A DNA stretch of 64,000 bases from Histomonas meleagridis 2922-C6/04-290x (GCA_020184695.1 JAANOX010000239.1:31884-95883); one strand, 5' to 3'; positions 44,469-56,113 are shown, counted from the stretch's first letter. The notes: generated by a model from the sequence alone, not told the origin. Program-made: numbers and translations.

Positions 44469-47400
44469 ATGAAATCTTCCTTCTTTCTCCACAGAACATT
44501 AAGGCATCCTTTTAATATTAAGGATGTTTTATGTGGAGTTTGGGTCAATTCTGAAGATACTAGTAAAACACAATTATTATTTAATTTATCAACAAGTTTC
44601 CAAGTCCTTCAATTACAAGAACTTCCTGGAAATAAACACAAATTACAAAAAAGATTTTCGCAAACAATGCTTTCAAAAATTAAGACAATATGTTCAGGTC
44701 CATTAATTAACGGATTAAATTCTTTTTTTGCATTACGTGAAAATGACATTATTCAATTTCATTTCTCTGAGGAAGATAATTTATTTTTAAAACGCTATCA
44801 AGTTAATCTTCCATCTTTATTAATTTCATCAAATTACATTTTTTTCAAAAACTGTATGTTAACTATTTCTTCATCACGCGGGGGCATTGGAACCATTGAT
44901 TTCAGCGGGAAAGATCCATTATTTATGTATACAGAAAAGCCAACAAATTGTTGTCATCAATGTTTTCCCATGTCTTCTGGTTTTATATGTCGTCTTGAAG
45001 GCGACTCTAAAATCATCCATTATACCCAATATCCAGGAACACCTATTCATGTTAACACATCATCCGATTTCGAAATCACACATTTTTTTGAATTTCAAAA
45101 TGAAATTATTCTTTGCGGGAAAGGTGTCTTAGTCATGCCCAATGGAGATTTTATTAATCTTCCCAACACAATGGACACCATTATTGATCATACATTAATG
45201 ACAGATTCGATTATTCTTCTTTTGACCTCCAGTGGCTTACTTCTACAATTTAATGATTGTTATGACCTTACCACCATCGAAACACATCCCAAGTCCACCA
45301 ATATTTATCATTTATCAGATGAACTTTTTTTGATCAGATATCCAAGTCGTTATTGTATTGGCAGTATTAATGATCACACTGTTTCCACACGATTCACCAC
45401 AAGTAATGGCATTAAAATGTTAAAATATGGTTCACAAATTGGATATATTTCACCATATTTTATTACATCATCAAACAACAATTTAATTTTATTAAAACAA
45501 GGATCAACAGTTGGAACTATATCAACGACTACAATTAGTGATCCAATTTATGGGATTCATGTTTTTGAATATGAGTTACGACATTTCGTTGCAATTTCTC
45601 ATCATTCATCAACACGATTACTCGAAATCACAGGCAAACAAATACAAATGTCAAACGCAGTAAAGTTAAAAGAGAACTCAACAACATTAGGTATAGCTGT
45701 ATTAAAAACTAAAAGTAATAGTCAAGCAGTGATACAAATAGCTCCTGAAAGTATAATATTTTGTTCATCAACAAAAAATAAAGAATATACATTACAAGCA
45801 CAAAACGCTCAAACTGTAGCATTCGCACATAACTCAAAACAGATTTTAATCGCTTATTCAAATAGAACCGTTTTCTTAATTGAAACACAAAAAGGTAATG
45901 GTAATGATATAGATAAAACGTCTTTCGAACAGGCATTTTCGATATCAACAATGGCACTTTCGAAATCTGATCCATTATATGGTAATGCTGAAATGGTAGC
46001 TTATGGAGGAACAGATCAAAAAAACCAATTCATACTAATACAAATGGTGTCTTTTGATCAAGCTGCAAGAACAAAGGTTCTGACGGAGCTTATGCCTTGG
46101 AATGTTGTATCATTAGAATTCTTAAATGAAACATTACTTTGTATCGGTTTGGGAAATGGTGCAATTGTAATTGGGAATGTTAACCAAGCTCAAAGACATC
46201 TTGAAAAGGTCGTAAGTATACAAATTGGAAGTGGTCCATGTTTTTTATCAAAAATGTTTTATAAGAATGCTCCATGCGTCTTCGCTTTAAATTCTAGACC
46301 TTGTGTTATTCATGCACCCAAAGGAATTCCATTAATTTCCCCACTTTCGATGACTTCTGTTTCTTTTGCTGCTCCAGCCCCCATTGATGGCCACTTTTTA
46401 TCGGTAACCGGTCAAAATTTATCGGTTAACGTCCTCTCAGACATTAACAATGAATTTTCTAATACAGTATTTCCAATGGAATCAGAAATAGTCACTTTTA
46501 CTCCTATGCATAGAGAGAGATTTATTATTATTGCTTCATCAAATGCTTTATATGTTATGGATCCAATCAAAAATAACGCAAGAAATTTGAATGAGTATTT
46601 CAAAAGAATTGACTACTTTGAGAACGAAACCGTTATATCGATTGATGTGTCAAATCCATCTCAAGTCGATAAGCCGACGCCTCAAGCATATTTATCTGTT
46701 GTGACTAGGACACCAGATAATCAATCAATATTAAGACTTTATACTTTTAATATAAATTCAATATCAACACAAATTCACACGCCAATAATTGGAAATTATT
46801 GCCAACCAATTAATGCATGTTGTTGTGTTGTTATTGGTAATACTCCACATATTATAGCATGTAGTGATGAAAGTGTTCTAGATTTTAAATCATCAAATAG
46901 ATTAATTCGTTTAGTTGTACAAATTGATCAAGTTGGAAACGAAATGTCAGAAATATTTTATTCTCATCATATTGATAATGAATATTATTTCTTTATCGGT
47001 GATAAGAAACGATCTGTTAAATTAGTTGAATTAAATAATGAATTAAAACAATTTAACATAATTGCAGAAGAAGGATTTCCACGAAGGATATCAACCATAT
47101 CTAAATATGGTGATACATCTGTATCAGGTGGAGATGAACAAGGAAATATATTTATTATGAACAAGGAGACCGTTAACATACCGGAGACCGTTAATTTGGC
47201 TCAGGGACCGTTTAATAATTGTAAGAAATTAAAATCTTCATTAAATTATTTTATAGGAGATATAGTTGTAGGGACAAGTTTTGTATCAGGACAATTTAAT
47301 TATCTTTGGTATTGTACATCAGGTGGAGGTTTTGGATGTTTTATGATTAAGCCAAAAACGAATGCGCCTGCTGAATGGAACAATGAATATACGAAACAAA

Positions 47401-47687
47401 TTAACATATTACGAATTTTAGAATTAGAAATAGCATCATTATATTATCATTTAACAGGATGTGATCAAATTACATTTCGAAATTCAATGTATCCATCGAC
47501 GAATGTTATAGATATAGATACAATTGAGATATATTTTAGACTAAAAGAAGAATATAGAACTGCAATATCGCGGAAACTTTCAGAGATATTTAAAACAAGC
47601 AGCTATGTGAAAACGCCTGCTGACATAGACTTTTTAATACATAAGTTTTTAAACTATTTTTTGTTTTGGAAAACAAATCACATATAA
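44469..47687 (+). CDS. SF3B3: SF3B3/Rse1-like (CPSF_A / DDB1 family) triple beta-propeller, divergent
   Basis: C-terminal EEGFPRRIST...VSGGDEQGNIFI, LNYFIGD, YCTSGGGFG and LTGCDQITFRNSMYPSTNVIDID follow the SF3B3 C-terminal pattern. First ATG at 44469. Confidence 0.7.
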   Translation: MKSSFFLHRTLRHPFNIKDVLCGVWVNSEDTSKTQLLFNLSTSFQVLQLQELPGNKHKLQKRFSQTMLSKIKTICSGPLINGLNSFFALRENDIIQFHFSEEDNLFLKRYQVNLPSLLISSNYIFFKNCMLTISSSRGGIGTIDFSGKDPLFMYTEKPTNCCHQCFPMSSGFICRLEGDSKIIHYTQYPGTPIHVNTSSDFEITHFFEFQNEIILCGKGVLVMPNGDFINLPNTMDTIIDHTLMTDSIILLLTSSGLLLQFNDCYDLTTIETHPKSTNIYHLSDELFLIRYPSRYCIGSINDHTVSTRFTTSNGIKMLKYGSQIGYISPYFITSSNNNLILLKQGSTVGTISTTTISDPIYGIHVFEYELRHFVAISHHSSTRLLEITGKQIQMSNAVKLKENSTTLGIAVLKTKSNSQAVIQIAPESIIFCSSTKNKEYTLQAQNAQTVAFAHNSKQILIAYSNRTVFLIETQKGNGNDIDKTSFEQAFSISTMALSKSDPLYGNAEMVAYGGTDQKNQFILIQMVSFDQAARTKVLTELMPWNVVSLEFLNETLLCIGLGNGAIVIGNVNQAQRHLEKVVSIQIGSGPCFLSKMFYKNAPCVFALNSRPCVIHAPKGIPLISPLSMTSVSFAAPAPIDGHFLSVTGQNLSVNVLSDINNEFSNTVFPMESEIVTFTPMHRERFIIIASSNALYVMDPIKNNARNLNEYFKRIDYFENETVISIDVSNPSQVDKPTPQAYLSVVTRTPDNQSILRLYTFNINSISTQIHTPIIGNYCQPINACCCVVIGNTPHIIACSDESVLDFKSSNRLIRLVVQIDQVGNEMSEIFYSHHIDNEYYFFIGDKKRSVKLVELNNELKQFNIIAEEGFPRRISTISKYGDTSVSGGDEQGNIFIMNKETVNIPETVNLAQGPFNNCKKLKSSLNYFIGDIVVGTSFVSGQFNYLWYCTSGGGFGCFMIKPKTNAPAEWNNEYTKQINILRILELEIASLYYHLTGCDQITFRNSMYPSTNVIDIDTIEIYFRLKEEYRTAISRKLSEIFKTSSYVKTPADIDFLIHKFLNYFLFWKTNHI

Positions 47688-48280
47688 TAAAAATCATATT
47701 TTCATTAAATTATTTGATCAAATTTTATTGTATTAAAGTGTAATTAATTTTTCGATTATTTATTACATATGAATTGGCGTAAAATAAAATGTAAAGAAGA
47801 GATCAAAAAGCGCTACAGTGAAATAAAATCATTTACATTTATTTCCATTTAAACCTGTAACTTTAAAGTGATTTTTTAAAAATGATTGAGATAATAAATT
47901 TTACATAGTACTAATTGATTATGAAATATTTTTTTGTATCCTATATATTTGCTTGAATAAAAATAGTTTATTTTTTAAATCACCTGCAGTTTTCTATATA
48001 ATGAGCTGTATAACCAATCAATAAATCTGGCACTGAGACTTTTCTTAACGCTGGGGATAAACTCTTTCTATATATTTCATCGCTGGAGCCTTTTTTGAAG
48101 GCTCTTATAGAGTTGTAAGAAAAAAGAGAAATTGAGATATGTGTAAAAATATCAAACGAGAAAAATGTTTGTCGGCTTGTGTAAATCTCTCAATTCACCA
48201 CTTTTTCATAATTTATCTGGTCGTTGCCCATTTTTTCCTACAACTCTCAACATATTGCTTATCATATTTGTTTAATTTAG

Positions 48281-48928
48281 TTATCTTACGAGCTTGAAGC
48301 CCCACGTCATGTGACCAAGAGCGTTATAGGCAGCAGGCCAGAAAGCGCCGAGCATCTCCGTATAACGTGACATGGAAATGTTGCCCAAGTCCAACGTATC
48401 TTGCCAACCGAAATCCCTTAGCAATTGCTCCACGGCAATCTTTGCCTCTTTGTCATTGCCGCAATAGAATCCCGTAATCTGTTCCGGTAACTCTTGCGGA
48501 GAGGTCATCATGTTGTACCCGAGATAGTTCAACGTCTTTACCACCTTTGTGTTCGGCAAAAGTTTTTGGATTTCCTCTCCAAGACTGGTATTCCCACTCC
48601 ATCTTGGATCGAGCATTACTTGTCCATCCTGATGGAGATAAGGGTTTGCCTGGTCAAAAAGGATTTTTCCTGCCAATAGTTCCTCACCAACACCTTGAAG
48701 CACCTCTATGGAATGAATGCCCCTTACACAAAGGAAAACACGTTCCCCAAACTTTGCCGCATCCGCAAATGTGCCATGAGAAGCATGTTCTCCATGTTGT
48801 TTTGCCCATGCTGATGCTTGAGGATTGTTGCTTGTGCGTGAACCCATCATTACCTCATGCCCCAACTCAATAAGCTTTCCGGCAATCGCACAAGCCACAC
48901 TGCCCGTTCCTAAAATTCCGTACTTCAT
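48281..48928 (-). CDS. NADP oxidoreductase, F420-dependent family (bacterial-type Rossmann fold)
   Basis: MKYGILGTGSVA...GHEVMMGSR...FADAAKFGE...DQANP...SLGEEIQKLLP..KVVKTLN...FYCGNDKEAK..V..LL.DFGW. Visibly GC-richer than its flanks. Confidence 0.85.
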   Translation of the reverse strand: MKYGILGTGSVACAIAGKLIELGHEVMMGSRTSNNPQASAWAKQHGEHASHGTFADAAKFGERVFLCVRGIHSIEVLQGVGEELLAGKILFDQANPYLHQDGQVMLDPRWSGNTSLGEEIQKLLPNTKVVKTLNYLGYNMMTSPQELPEQITGFYCGNDKEAKIAVEQLLRDFGWQDTLDLGNISMSRYTEMLGAFWPAAYNALGHMTWGFKLVR

Positions 48929-49016
48929 AATTTAAAATGAAAAATTATGGAGCATTCAGAATATACGATAAAAACATTAAAATTTGAGTATTTTATGCAT
49001 TCAATTTTTTGATTAA

Positions 49017-49360
49017 AATACCAGAGACCGTTAATCAGGTTCAGGGACCGTTTGATAATTTAAAATCTTCATCTAAATATTTTATAGTAAATACAGTTTT
49101 ATATACATGTTCAGGACAATTTAATTATCATGAATTAGAAACAGCATCATTATATTATCATTTAACAGGATGTGATCAAATTGCATTTCGAAATTCAATG
49201 TATCCATCGACGAATGTTATAGATATAGATACAATTGAGATATATTTTAGACAAAAAGAAGAATATAGTACTGTAAATCACATATAATAAAATTCGTATT
49301 TTCATTTAACTATTTTTTTAACATATTTAGCCAAATTATAATGTATTAATGTGTATTTTC
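49017..49360 (+). pseudogene. Internally deleted duplicate of the SF3B3-like 3' end and 3' flank
   Basis: Colinear with about 47177-47305, 47421-47565 and 47676-47740 (e.g. the shared tcgaaattcaatgtatccatcgacgaatgttatagatatagatacaattgagatatattttagac). Confidence 0.85.
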
Positions 49361-49642
49361 TGATGTTCATTTTTTGTCGATTTTTTGAAATTTGTTGGGT
49401 TTAAAGATGGCGATTGGATTGTGTTTTTTAATACATTTGCGCATATTGTATGGATCGATAAGAATTCCTAAAATAACTGATTCAAAAATTCTATCGTTCA
49501 TCTCAATTTTTCATAACAAAAGTGTCATTATATTTCTCGGCATTTTTTTTTGTCATTAGAAATAAATTGCATTGAAAAAATTAATTGCAAATAACCGTCA
49601 TAAACGACCAATTTTTTCACAAAAAAAAATTGACTTGCTAAA

Positions 49643-52600
49643 ATGTATTTTTGCCTTATTGCATTATGCTTTGCAAATGACTTATATGAATTCTCAACCA
49701 TAACAGGCAGAAAGATCGTTTTTAAGTATGAGACAAGAAAAGCTCTTTCGTCACAAAATTCTTGGGCATATGTTTATTTTCCACAAACTCCAAATATGAA
49801 TTTAATGAAAAAGCAAAACATTAATCTTGATGTTAAGTATATGGTATATCTTAATTTGTATAAACTTTTTTTAACAAATTCACAAATTTCTTATTTAAAT
49901 AATAATAATGCCATGATTCATCTCCTACAACCAGAAGATAAATTGCTTGACTCTGGTGTTATGGAATGTGATATGTTATATGTTCAAGGGATTTTTAACC
50001 AATTCACTCCATCTGTTAATTTCTTCAAGATAATTACCAAAACTGAAAATTCCATGATAATCAAAGCATTTAAGCCCGAAGAAACCATAAAATATTTAAT
50101 TGAAATACCTGAAGTTGAATCAATTTGCAAGTACACTCCTCCAAAATTATCGAACAATCTTGCGCCTGGATTTACACAAAAAAACACAGAAAATATCACA
50201 AAAGACATGAATGGTAATCCAACAATACCTCGATATCTCACATCTAAAGGTATCACAGGCAAGAATCAAGTTGTTGCCACCATTGATACGAGCATAGATT
50301 ATTATCACACCATGTTTTATGATCCGAAAGTTGAGTTTAAATTTAATCAAACAATGTCAAACCATCGAAAGATATTATTCTATTACAATAGTTATAAAAG
50401 CGAATCAGAATTATATCAAAACATTCAAATGCGAGAACATGGAACAAGTACGTCGTCAGTATTCACAGGTAGTGCATATAATTCCAATAGTTCGATTAGT
50501 TCATATAATGGAATGGCACCTGATGCTAAACTTATGTATCTTGGAAGTTTATTTGATTCATCAAATCCATATTATCAAGAAATGAACAAACAAACAGAAA
50601 TTCTTCAAACAAATAATGTACGCGTATTCTCTAACTCATGGAGTAGTTCTAATTCCACGTTTTCTCTAGAACAAGATTACAACTATGATCATAGTTTATT
50701 TTATAATGACGTGAATTGTTTATATGTTTTTTCAGCAGGAAATGATGGTGATACAAATAAAGAATATTCAATAGGTTCTCCATCATCTGCAAAGAATATT
50801 CTTTCTGTCGGATCAATCGAACGGATATATGATTATCAAAATTATCATATTTTTATTAGTGATGGAACTAGTAATGTCGAAATTTATATAACATCACTTG
50901 AATTACCTGATCTTTTAATTGCGTTTTCAGAAGCGCGATATTTATCTGATATAGATGACTTTAGTTTACCTAAAGGTACACTTAAAATTCTATATTTAAA
51001 TGAAGAGATATTTCAAAAGTATTCCATCGAATATATTATTTTAAAAATTAATGAACAAGCAGAAAATTATGAAATTTCAGTATTTTATGTATTAGATATT
51101 TCTAGTGAACGTTATGAAATGATAAACAAATATTTTAATGGTGTTAATTTAATTACATATTATTCTAATTCACTTAAAAAAATGGTTGGAAAATATATTC
51201 AAATTCATATTAAATATGATTTGATGGTTAAGAAACCTATTTCAAGTCTTAAGAGAATTAGTTATTCATCAGTAGGTCCTTCACGTAAAGGAATATTAAA
51301 ACCTGATGTAGTTGGACCTGGTTCATGTATCATAACAGCTAATTCTAAAACATATATTGATAAAGATCATGGATCAAATAATAATAATTATGAAGATGAT
51401 TTAATAATTGTAGATGGTACATCATTTGCTACACCAAATGTTGCAGGTGTAGCTACACTTATTTCGCAATATTTAGAAGATAAATATTATTTAAATGAAA
51501 AGATTAATGTAAATTCACTTTTATTAAAATCATTAATAATTGCATCCGCTTCTAAACTTGATGGAAGTTTAAAACCAGATTGTTATTATGGACATGGATT
51601 AGTTGATATATCAACAGTATTACCATTTAATGAAAGTAATTTTGGATTAAGGTTTAGTAACTTAATGCATTTTGTTAAAGGTAATTTACATCATATTGGG
51701 AAAATTAATATTAATAACAAAAATGTTTCATTACGAATTGTAATGTGTTCACATGATCCACCACTTAATACAGTATCAGCTATACCAATATATTTTGATT
51801 TAGATTTAATAGTTGTTTCACCAACAAAGAAAATTTATATTGGTAATGGACGTACTCAAGATACAGAACATTTATCATTAAATGAGAAAGTTATTATACC
51901 AATAAATGAATTAGAAATTGGAGAATATGAAATACATGTAATAAGTAATGTCGAAATATTAGAAGGTTATTCAATACCTTATGTTGTTACAGTAGTTGGA
52001 CCATTTACACAAGATGACGTTGAGTTAAATCCAATGTATATTGAAATGAAAAATACTATCGAATGTATACCATCAAAAAATGGAATATGTGAAAATGGAA
52101 AATTAAAATGTAATTCGAATTATGTTGGACAACTTTGTAATATACAATATAAAACAATCTCTGATTATACAACTAATTCAATTGATATTGAACCAAATGA
52201 ATTTATATATTATAAAATACCAATACAAAGACAATTTTCTAAATTAATTTTAGCTTCAATATCGAATGATCATTATAATATGTTTTCGGAACTTTATATA
52301 ATGAAAACGAAAGATGATTATTTACCATTACATGCATCTACCATATTTAATGTACCAAATCCTTATTATATATTTAATATTAATGATAATAATAAATTTA
52401 TGATAATCGATACATCCAAAGATAATTATGTAATGTTACTTAATAACTACAGAGATAAAACTTCATTTAAATTACATACATTACAAATGCCTGGAAATGG
52501 TCCTATTTGTATATGTCCATATAATAAATGTTCAAATTCTTCAATATGTAATTCTCAAAATATATATTCCAATGAAAATGCTTTATTTGGCCTAATACAT

Positions 52601-53521
52601 TATTTAGATAGAAGAACTATTTACGTAGATCAATCAATAACAATCGATTGCGGTATGTTACTCGGTAATTATAGATATGACATTCAATTACTTAATACAA
52701 ATGGACGTCGTCATACTGTTAAATTCACTGGATGGAGCGAACTTGCTTCTTTAGGCGTTGACTTGAATCAAGTTTGGGCGAATTTAGTTGCTTCGAACTT
52801 AAACATTGAGTTTGCTGGAACATATTCTGTTACACAAACAAACGAAGCAAATAATGATGAAAACACAATTCATTTCGAATATTTAAACTTAACAAATGTT
52901 ACATTGATTACAAATGATTATATTTTAGATGCAAATCAACTTTTTATTGATTTTGAATCTTATACAAGTTCACTGATGCAAGATAATGTTAATATAACAG
53001 ATGCGAATACGCCAATTGCATCAATCATATTCTATGATGATTACATTGAACTTGTTTCATCCGATGAAGTAATTAAGAGAATTTATTTGTCCGAAAACAT
53101 GAGCTTCACTTTCGAAACAAATCGACCGACATCATCAACACTAAAGATTGTCGATGGTGAAGGAGGTAATATTCATTTACCTTATGGAGTTACAATTACA
53201 ATTATTTCATATAATGAAGATGGATTTGATTTTCTAATCGATGATTCTTTAAAGGAACTTATCTATGTGTTAGCTAAGCCATTAAATAAGTTATTAAAGA
53301 AATATTTAACGCCAATTGAAATAGCCGCAATAGTAATCGGCTGCGTTGCGGGTGTTGGATTGACAATTATATTGTTATGTATCCGTTGGCATAAACTAAA
53401 AAATATTGCGCGTGAAAAAATAGTCGAAATGTCAATGCCAGAATTGGACGGACTACAACAAGAAGAAAAGATTACTGGTGTAAAGAAGAACGATAAAGAA
53501 GTTTATGTTAATTTCGAGTAG
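49643..53521 (+). CDS. Subtilisin-like (S8) serine protease with signal peptide, EGF-like segment, extra C-terminal domain and TM anchor
   Basis: Catalytic motifs ATIDTSID, EHGTS, SAGNDG and DGTSFATPNVAG. N-terminal MYFCLIALCFA. TM segment IAAIVIGCVAGVGLTIILLCI. Tail ends YVNFE. Confidence 0.88.
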   Translation: MYFCLIALCFANDLYEFSTITGRKIVFKYETRKALSSQNSWAYVYFPQTPNMNLMKKQNINLDVKYMVYLNLYKLFLTNSQISYLNNNNAMIHLLQPEDKLLDSGVMECDMLYVQGIFNQFTPSVNFFKIITKTENSMIIKAFKPEETIKYLIEIPEVESICKYTPPKLSNNLAPGFTQKNTENITKDMNGNPTIPRYLTSKGITGKNQVVATIDTSIDYYHTMFYDPKVEFKFNQTMSNHRKILFYYNSYKSESELYQNIQMREHGTSTSSVFTGSAYNSNSSISSYNGMAPDAKLMYLGSLFDSSNPYYQEMNKQTEILQTNNVRVFSNSWSSSNSTFSLEQDYNYDHSLFYNDVNCLYVFSAGNDGDTNKEYSIGSPSSAKNILSVGSIERIYDYQNYHIFISDGTSNVEIYITSLELPDLLIAFSEARYLSDIDDFSLPKGTLKILYLNEEIFQKYSIEYIILKINEQAENYEISVFYVLDISSERYEMINKYFNGVNLITYYSNSLKKMVGKYIQIHIKYDLMVKKPISSLKRISYSSVGPSRKGILKPDVVGPGSCIITANSKTYIDKDHGSNNNNYEDDLIIVDGTSFATPNVAGVATLISQYLEDKYYLNEKINVNSLLLKSLIIASASKLDGSLKPDCYYGHGLVDISTVLPFNESNFGLRFSNLMHFVKGNLHHIGKININNKNVSLRIVMCSHDPPLNTVSAIPIYFDLDLIVVSPTKKIYIGNGRTQDTEHLSLNEKVIIPINELEIGEYEIHVISNVEILEGYSIPYVVTVVGPFTQDDVELNPMYIEMKNTIECIPSKNGICENGKLKCNSNYVGQLCNIQYKTISDYTTNSIDIEPNEFIYYKIPIQRQFSKLILASISNDHYNMFSELYIMKTKDDYLPLHASTIFNVPNPYYIFNINDNNKFMIIDTSKDNYVMLLNNYRDKTSFKLHTLQMPGNGPICICPYNKCSNSSICNSQNIYSNENALFGLIHYLDRRTIYVDQSITIDCGMLLGNYRYDIQLLNTNGRRHTVKFTGWSELASLGVDLNQVWANLVASNLNIEFAGTYSVTQTNEANNDENTIHFEYLNLTNVTLITNDYILDANQLFIDFESYTSSLMQDNVNITDANTPIASIIFYDDYIELVSSDEVIKRIYLSENMSFTFETNRPTSSTLKIVDGEGGNIHLPYGVTITIISYNEDGFDFLIDDSLKELIYVLAKPLNKLLKKYLTPIEIAAIVIGCVAGVGLTIILLCIRWHKLKNIAREKIVEMSMPELDGLQQEEKITGVKKNDKEVYVNFE

Positions 53522-53985
53522 CGGTTCATATAGTTTATGTATAAAAATTTAATATCTTTTGTGAAAATTATTTTTAACGTGAATTTATTTGTACGAATTG
53601 CATCCGAGGTGATCAGCATTATAAATTTATAAGAAATCCGAGTGTGATACGCCAGAAATAAATTCTATAGAATATCATTACAAAATAACTCCACTTACTA
53701 AATATATATATAATTTAATGATGTTTGGTTTATGGATTTATGTTTTACACCTGGTAGGTTGATGATCTTCATATTGAAAAAGTATCTAAAGAATGAACAA
53801 GAATATTACGCTTTATCACATAAAATTTCATAATGATTAACTTTATGCTCAACTAAATTATGTTAAAATTTCTTTTCGTAATAAAAATTATTTCAATTTA
53901 TATGTTACTTTATTCGGTAAAGAGTATATAATGCCATAATTATGCGGAGAACTTTCATAAACATTATAAAAAAGTATCAAAAAAT

Positions 53986-54930
53986 TTATTTATTTTGTTC
54001 TTCATTTTCAGGAATTTTTTCCCATGATAGAAGTTTACCGAATCTAAAATGTTGAACAACCAAAAACTTGTCCATAACTTCTCCTTTATACATTTTAATC
54101 ATTCCTCCGTTCAATTTTACAAAGTGCGGAAGATTTCTAATGGAACATAATGTTCTTGAATGTTCTGCAAAATTACCTTTTTTCACGTGATAGATGTAAT
54201 CAATCCACTTACAGTAGATAAATTCATCTGCATGGGCTTTTGCAACTATTGGATCAATAACATTTGCTGGTGTTACTTCGGAATGATCAATAAGTTGAGC
54301 AGATCCGAAAACAAAAGGAAGAGCAACATAGTCATCAACACCCCATGAACCATGCGAACCTGCTGGCTCTTGATTATACGTTTTTTGAACTTTAACGATG
54401 AGATCCCAATATGACCAAAATACATCAAAAACAAGAGCAGGGCCATCTTCTGGTGTTATAAGTTTTAAAACAGCTAAGGAAGTAATAAAAGCAAGGAAAT
54501 TGAATTCATGACCTGTTCCATAATCTATTCTTGTCCAACTACCAAAAGATTGAACAAAATATTCATGTGATTCAGGATTGCCTGTAACATCACTTAGAAT
54601 TTCAGCTCTGTTTTCGTATATTTTTGTTAAAAATGTTCTGAAAGCACGATTTCCAAATCTCATTGGTTGATTAAGAGGTGGAACTTCATCAAGAATCTTA
54701 TAACACCTTTGAATTGCATTAAGTATCCCTTTAATTACAGGGCTTACTGGATGTGGTGTACTTCTTGGTTTAGATTTTACAGAATCATTAATCGAACACA
54801 AGACCGAAAATATATAATTATATGCTGGAGATTCAATCCACTTTTTTATATCATTGTTTGTGTTAATATTTTTTGTTAGTTGACTTAGTTCAAGGGGGTC
54901 TGCTCCTCCTTCTTGGTGCATTGACGACAT
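53986..54930 (-). CDS. PTPA: Serine/threonine PP2A activator (PTPA/RRD)
   Basis: RFGNRAFR, SFGSWTRIDYGTGHEFNF, EPAGSHGSWGVDDY, GMIKMYKGEVMDKFLVVQHF. Confidence 0.93.
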   Translation of the reverse strand: MSSMHQEGGADPLELSQLTKNINTNNDIKKWIESPAYNYIFSVLCSINDSVKSKPRSTPHPVSPVIKGILNAIQRCYKILDEVPPLNQPMRFGNRAFRTFLTKIYENRAEILSDVTGNPESHEYFVQSFGSWTRIDYGTGHEFNFLAFITSLAVLKLITPEDGPALVFDVFWSYWDLIVKVQKTYNQEPAGSHGSWGVDDYVALPFVFGSAQLIDHSEVTPANVIDPIVAKAHADEFIYCKWIDYIYHVKKGNFAEHSRTLCSIRNLPHFVKLNGGMIKMYKGEVMDKFLVVQHFRFGKLLSWEKIPENEEQNK

Positions 54931-55343
54931 GTCACATGAAAAAAATTAATTGTGCACAAAATGAGGGCAAACAAATTTGAGTACCTATCGTAGCATGGCC
55001 TGTCAAACCAATACTTTGGATTGAATCGTCATAACCAGCCTTTTGAAAACTGGAGGTTTAATTACATCACCACACAAATTTCAAAGCACTGAAAAAACGT
55101 TAAGTGATCATTTACTTTTTTTTTCAAAAATTGATTTCAAGCTCAATACTTGCAATTTACTTTATGCTTACATTAAAATTAAAATCTAAATAAATAGCAA
55201 TAAATATATTTAAGTAATATATGAAAAATATAAAGAATATGTCAAAATAAAAATGGTTTATTTAAAAAAAGCTGACTATAGAAAAAGTTGGCTGAATGGT
55301 CTTGCAAAATGCCGACCATTTTATTTTTAGCAAGAAGAAATAT

Positions 55344-55865
55344 ATGCTTCGTCATTTAAGTATTCGCAAAGCACGCCCTAGTGATGGTGAATTTGCTACC
55401 CTTTGCGTTAGGAAATTGACAAAGCTTGCAGAAGGATTTAAAGTTTTACCAGAGATTAAAAACATAAATAAGTGTTGGGATAGCATAATGAATGATAAAA
55501 AATCAATTGCATTTGTTGCAGAAGATAATGGGAATCCAGTTGGAATAGGTGTATGCTCATTCAACTACGAACTTCATCGTGGTGGTGAAGTTTGTGTTCT
55601 TCAAGATCTTTTTGTTGATGACGCTGCAAGGAAAACAGGTGCAGGTAAGAAATTACTTTCACATGTTGAAAAGTATGCAAAGAATCATGGAATGGTATCT
55701 GTTGATTTGAATCAACCACCTCCAGGAAGTGCATACGATGATATCCGTTCAAGATTTTACCAAAAGAATGGATATGAAACAGTTGGAATGGGTCGCACCA
55801 AGCAATTTTATAAGATTTGGAGTATTCCAGAAGATGGCGACAATGTAAATGATAATAAATTATAA
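55344..55865 (+). CDS. GNAT family N-acetyltransferase
   Basis: LQDLFVDDAARKTGAGKKLLSHVEKYAK (motif A), RFYQKNGY. Probable ATG at 55344; an in-frame ATG at 55296 is also possible. Confidence 0.85.
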   Translation: MLRHLSIRKARPSDGEFATLCVRKLTKLAEGFKVLPEIKNINKCWDSIMNDKKSIAFVAEDNGNPVGIGVCSFNYELHRGGEVCVLQDLFVDDAARKTGAGKKLLSHVEKYAKNHGMVSVDLNQPPPGSAYDDIRSRFYQKNGYETVGMGRTKQFYKIWSIPEDGDNVNDNKL

Positions 55866-56113
55866 ACTAAAACTATTGATACTTTTTTGTTGGAAAAATT
55901 CATTGAATACATTATTTTAACTGATTATCATTATTGTACGTTCTTATGATACTACTTTCCTAACATTGAACATAGATAATCTATTAGAACTTGGTTCGAT
56001 CAGAAATAAGTACTGTATTGAGTTATGCTTTCATGACATAGCGACCGTTTATTGATAAGGGGTTTTATAATAAAATATTCAGAGAGTTTGTTTGAATTAT
56101 AAATTTTCAGGAA

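Noticed and set aside
55344-55375. Hydrogenosomal targeting presequence (MLRHLSIR) on the GNAT
   Set aside because: The ML start is suggestive, but the segment also fits the first beta-strand of GNAT folds (IRKA), and the start codon is uncertain.
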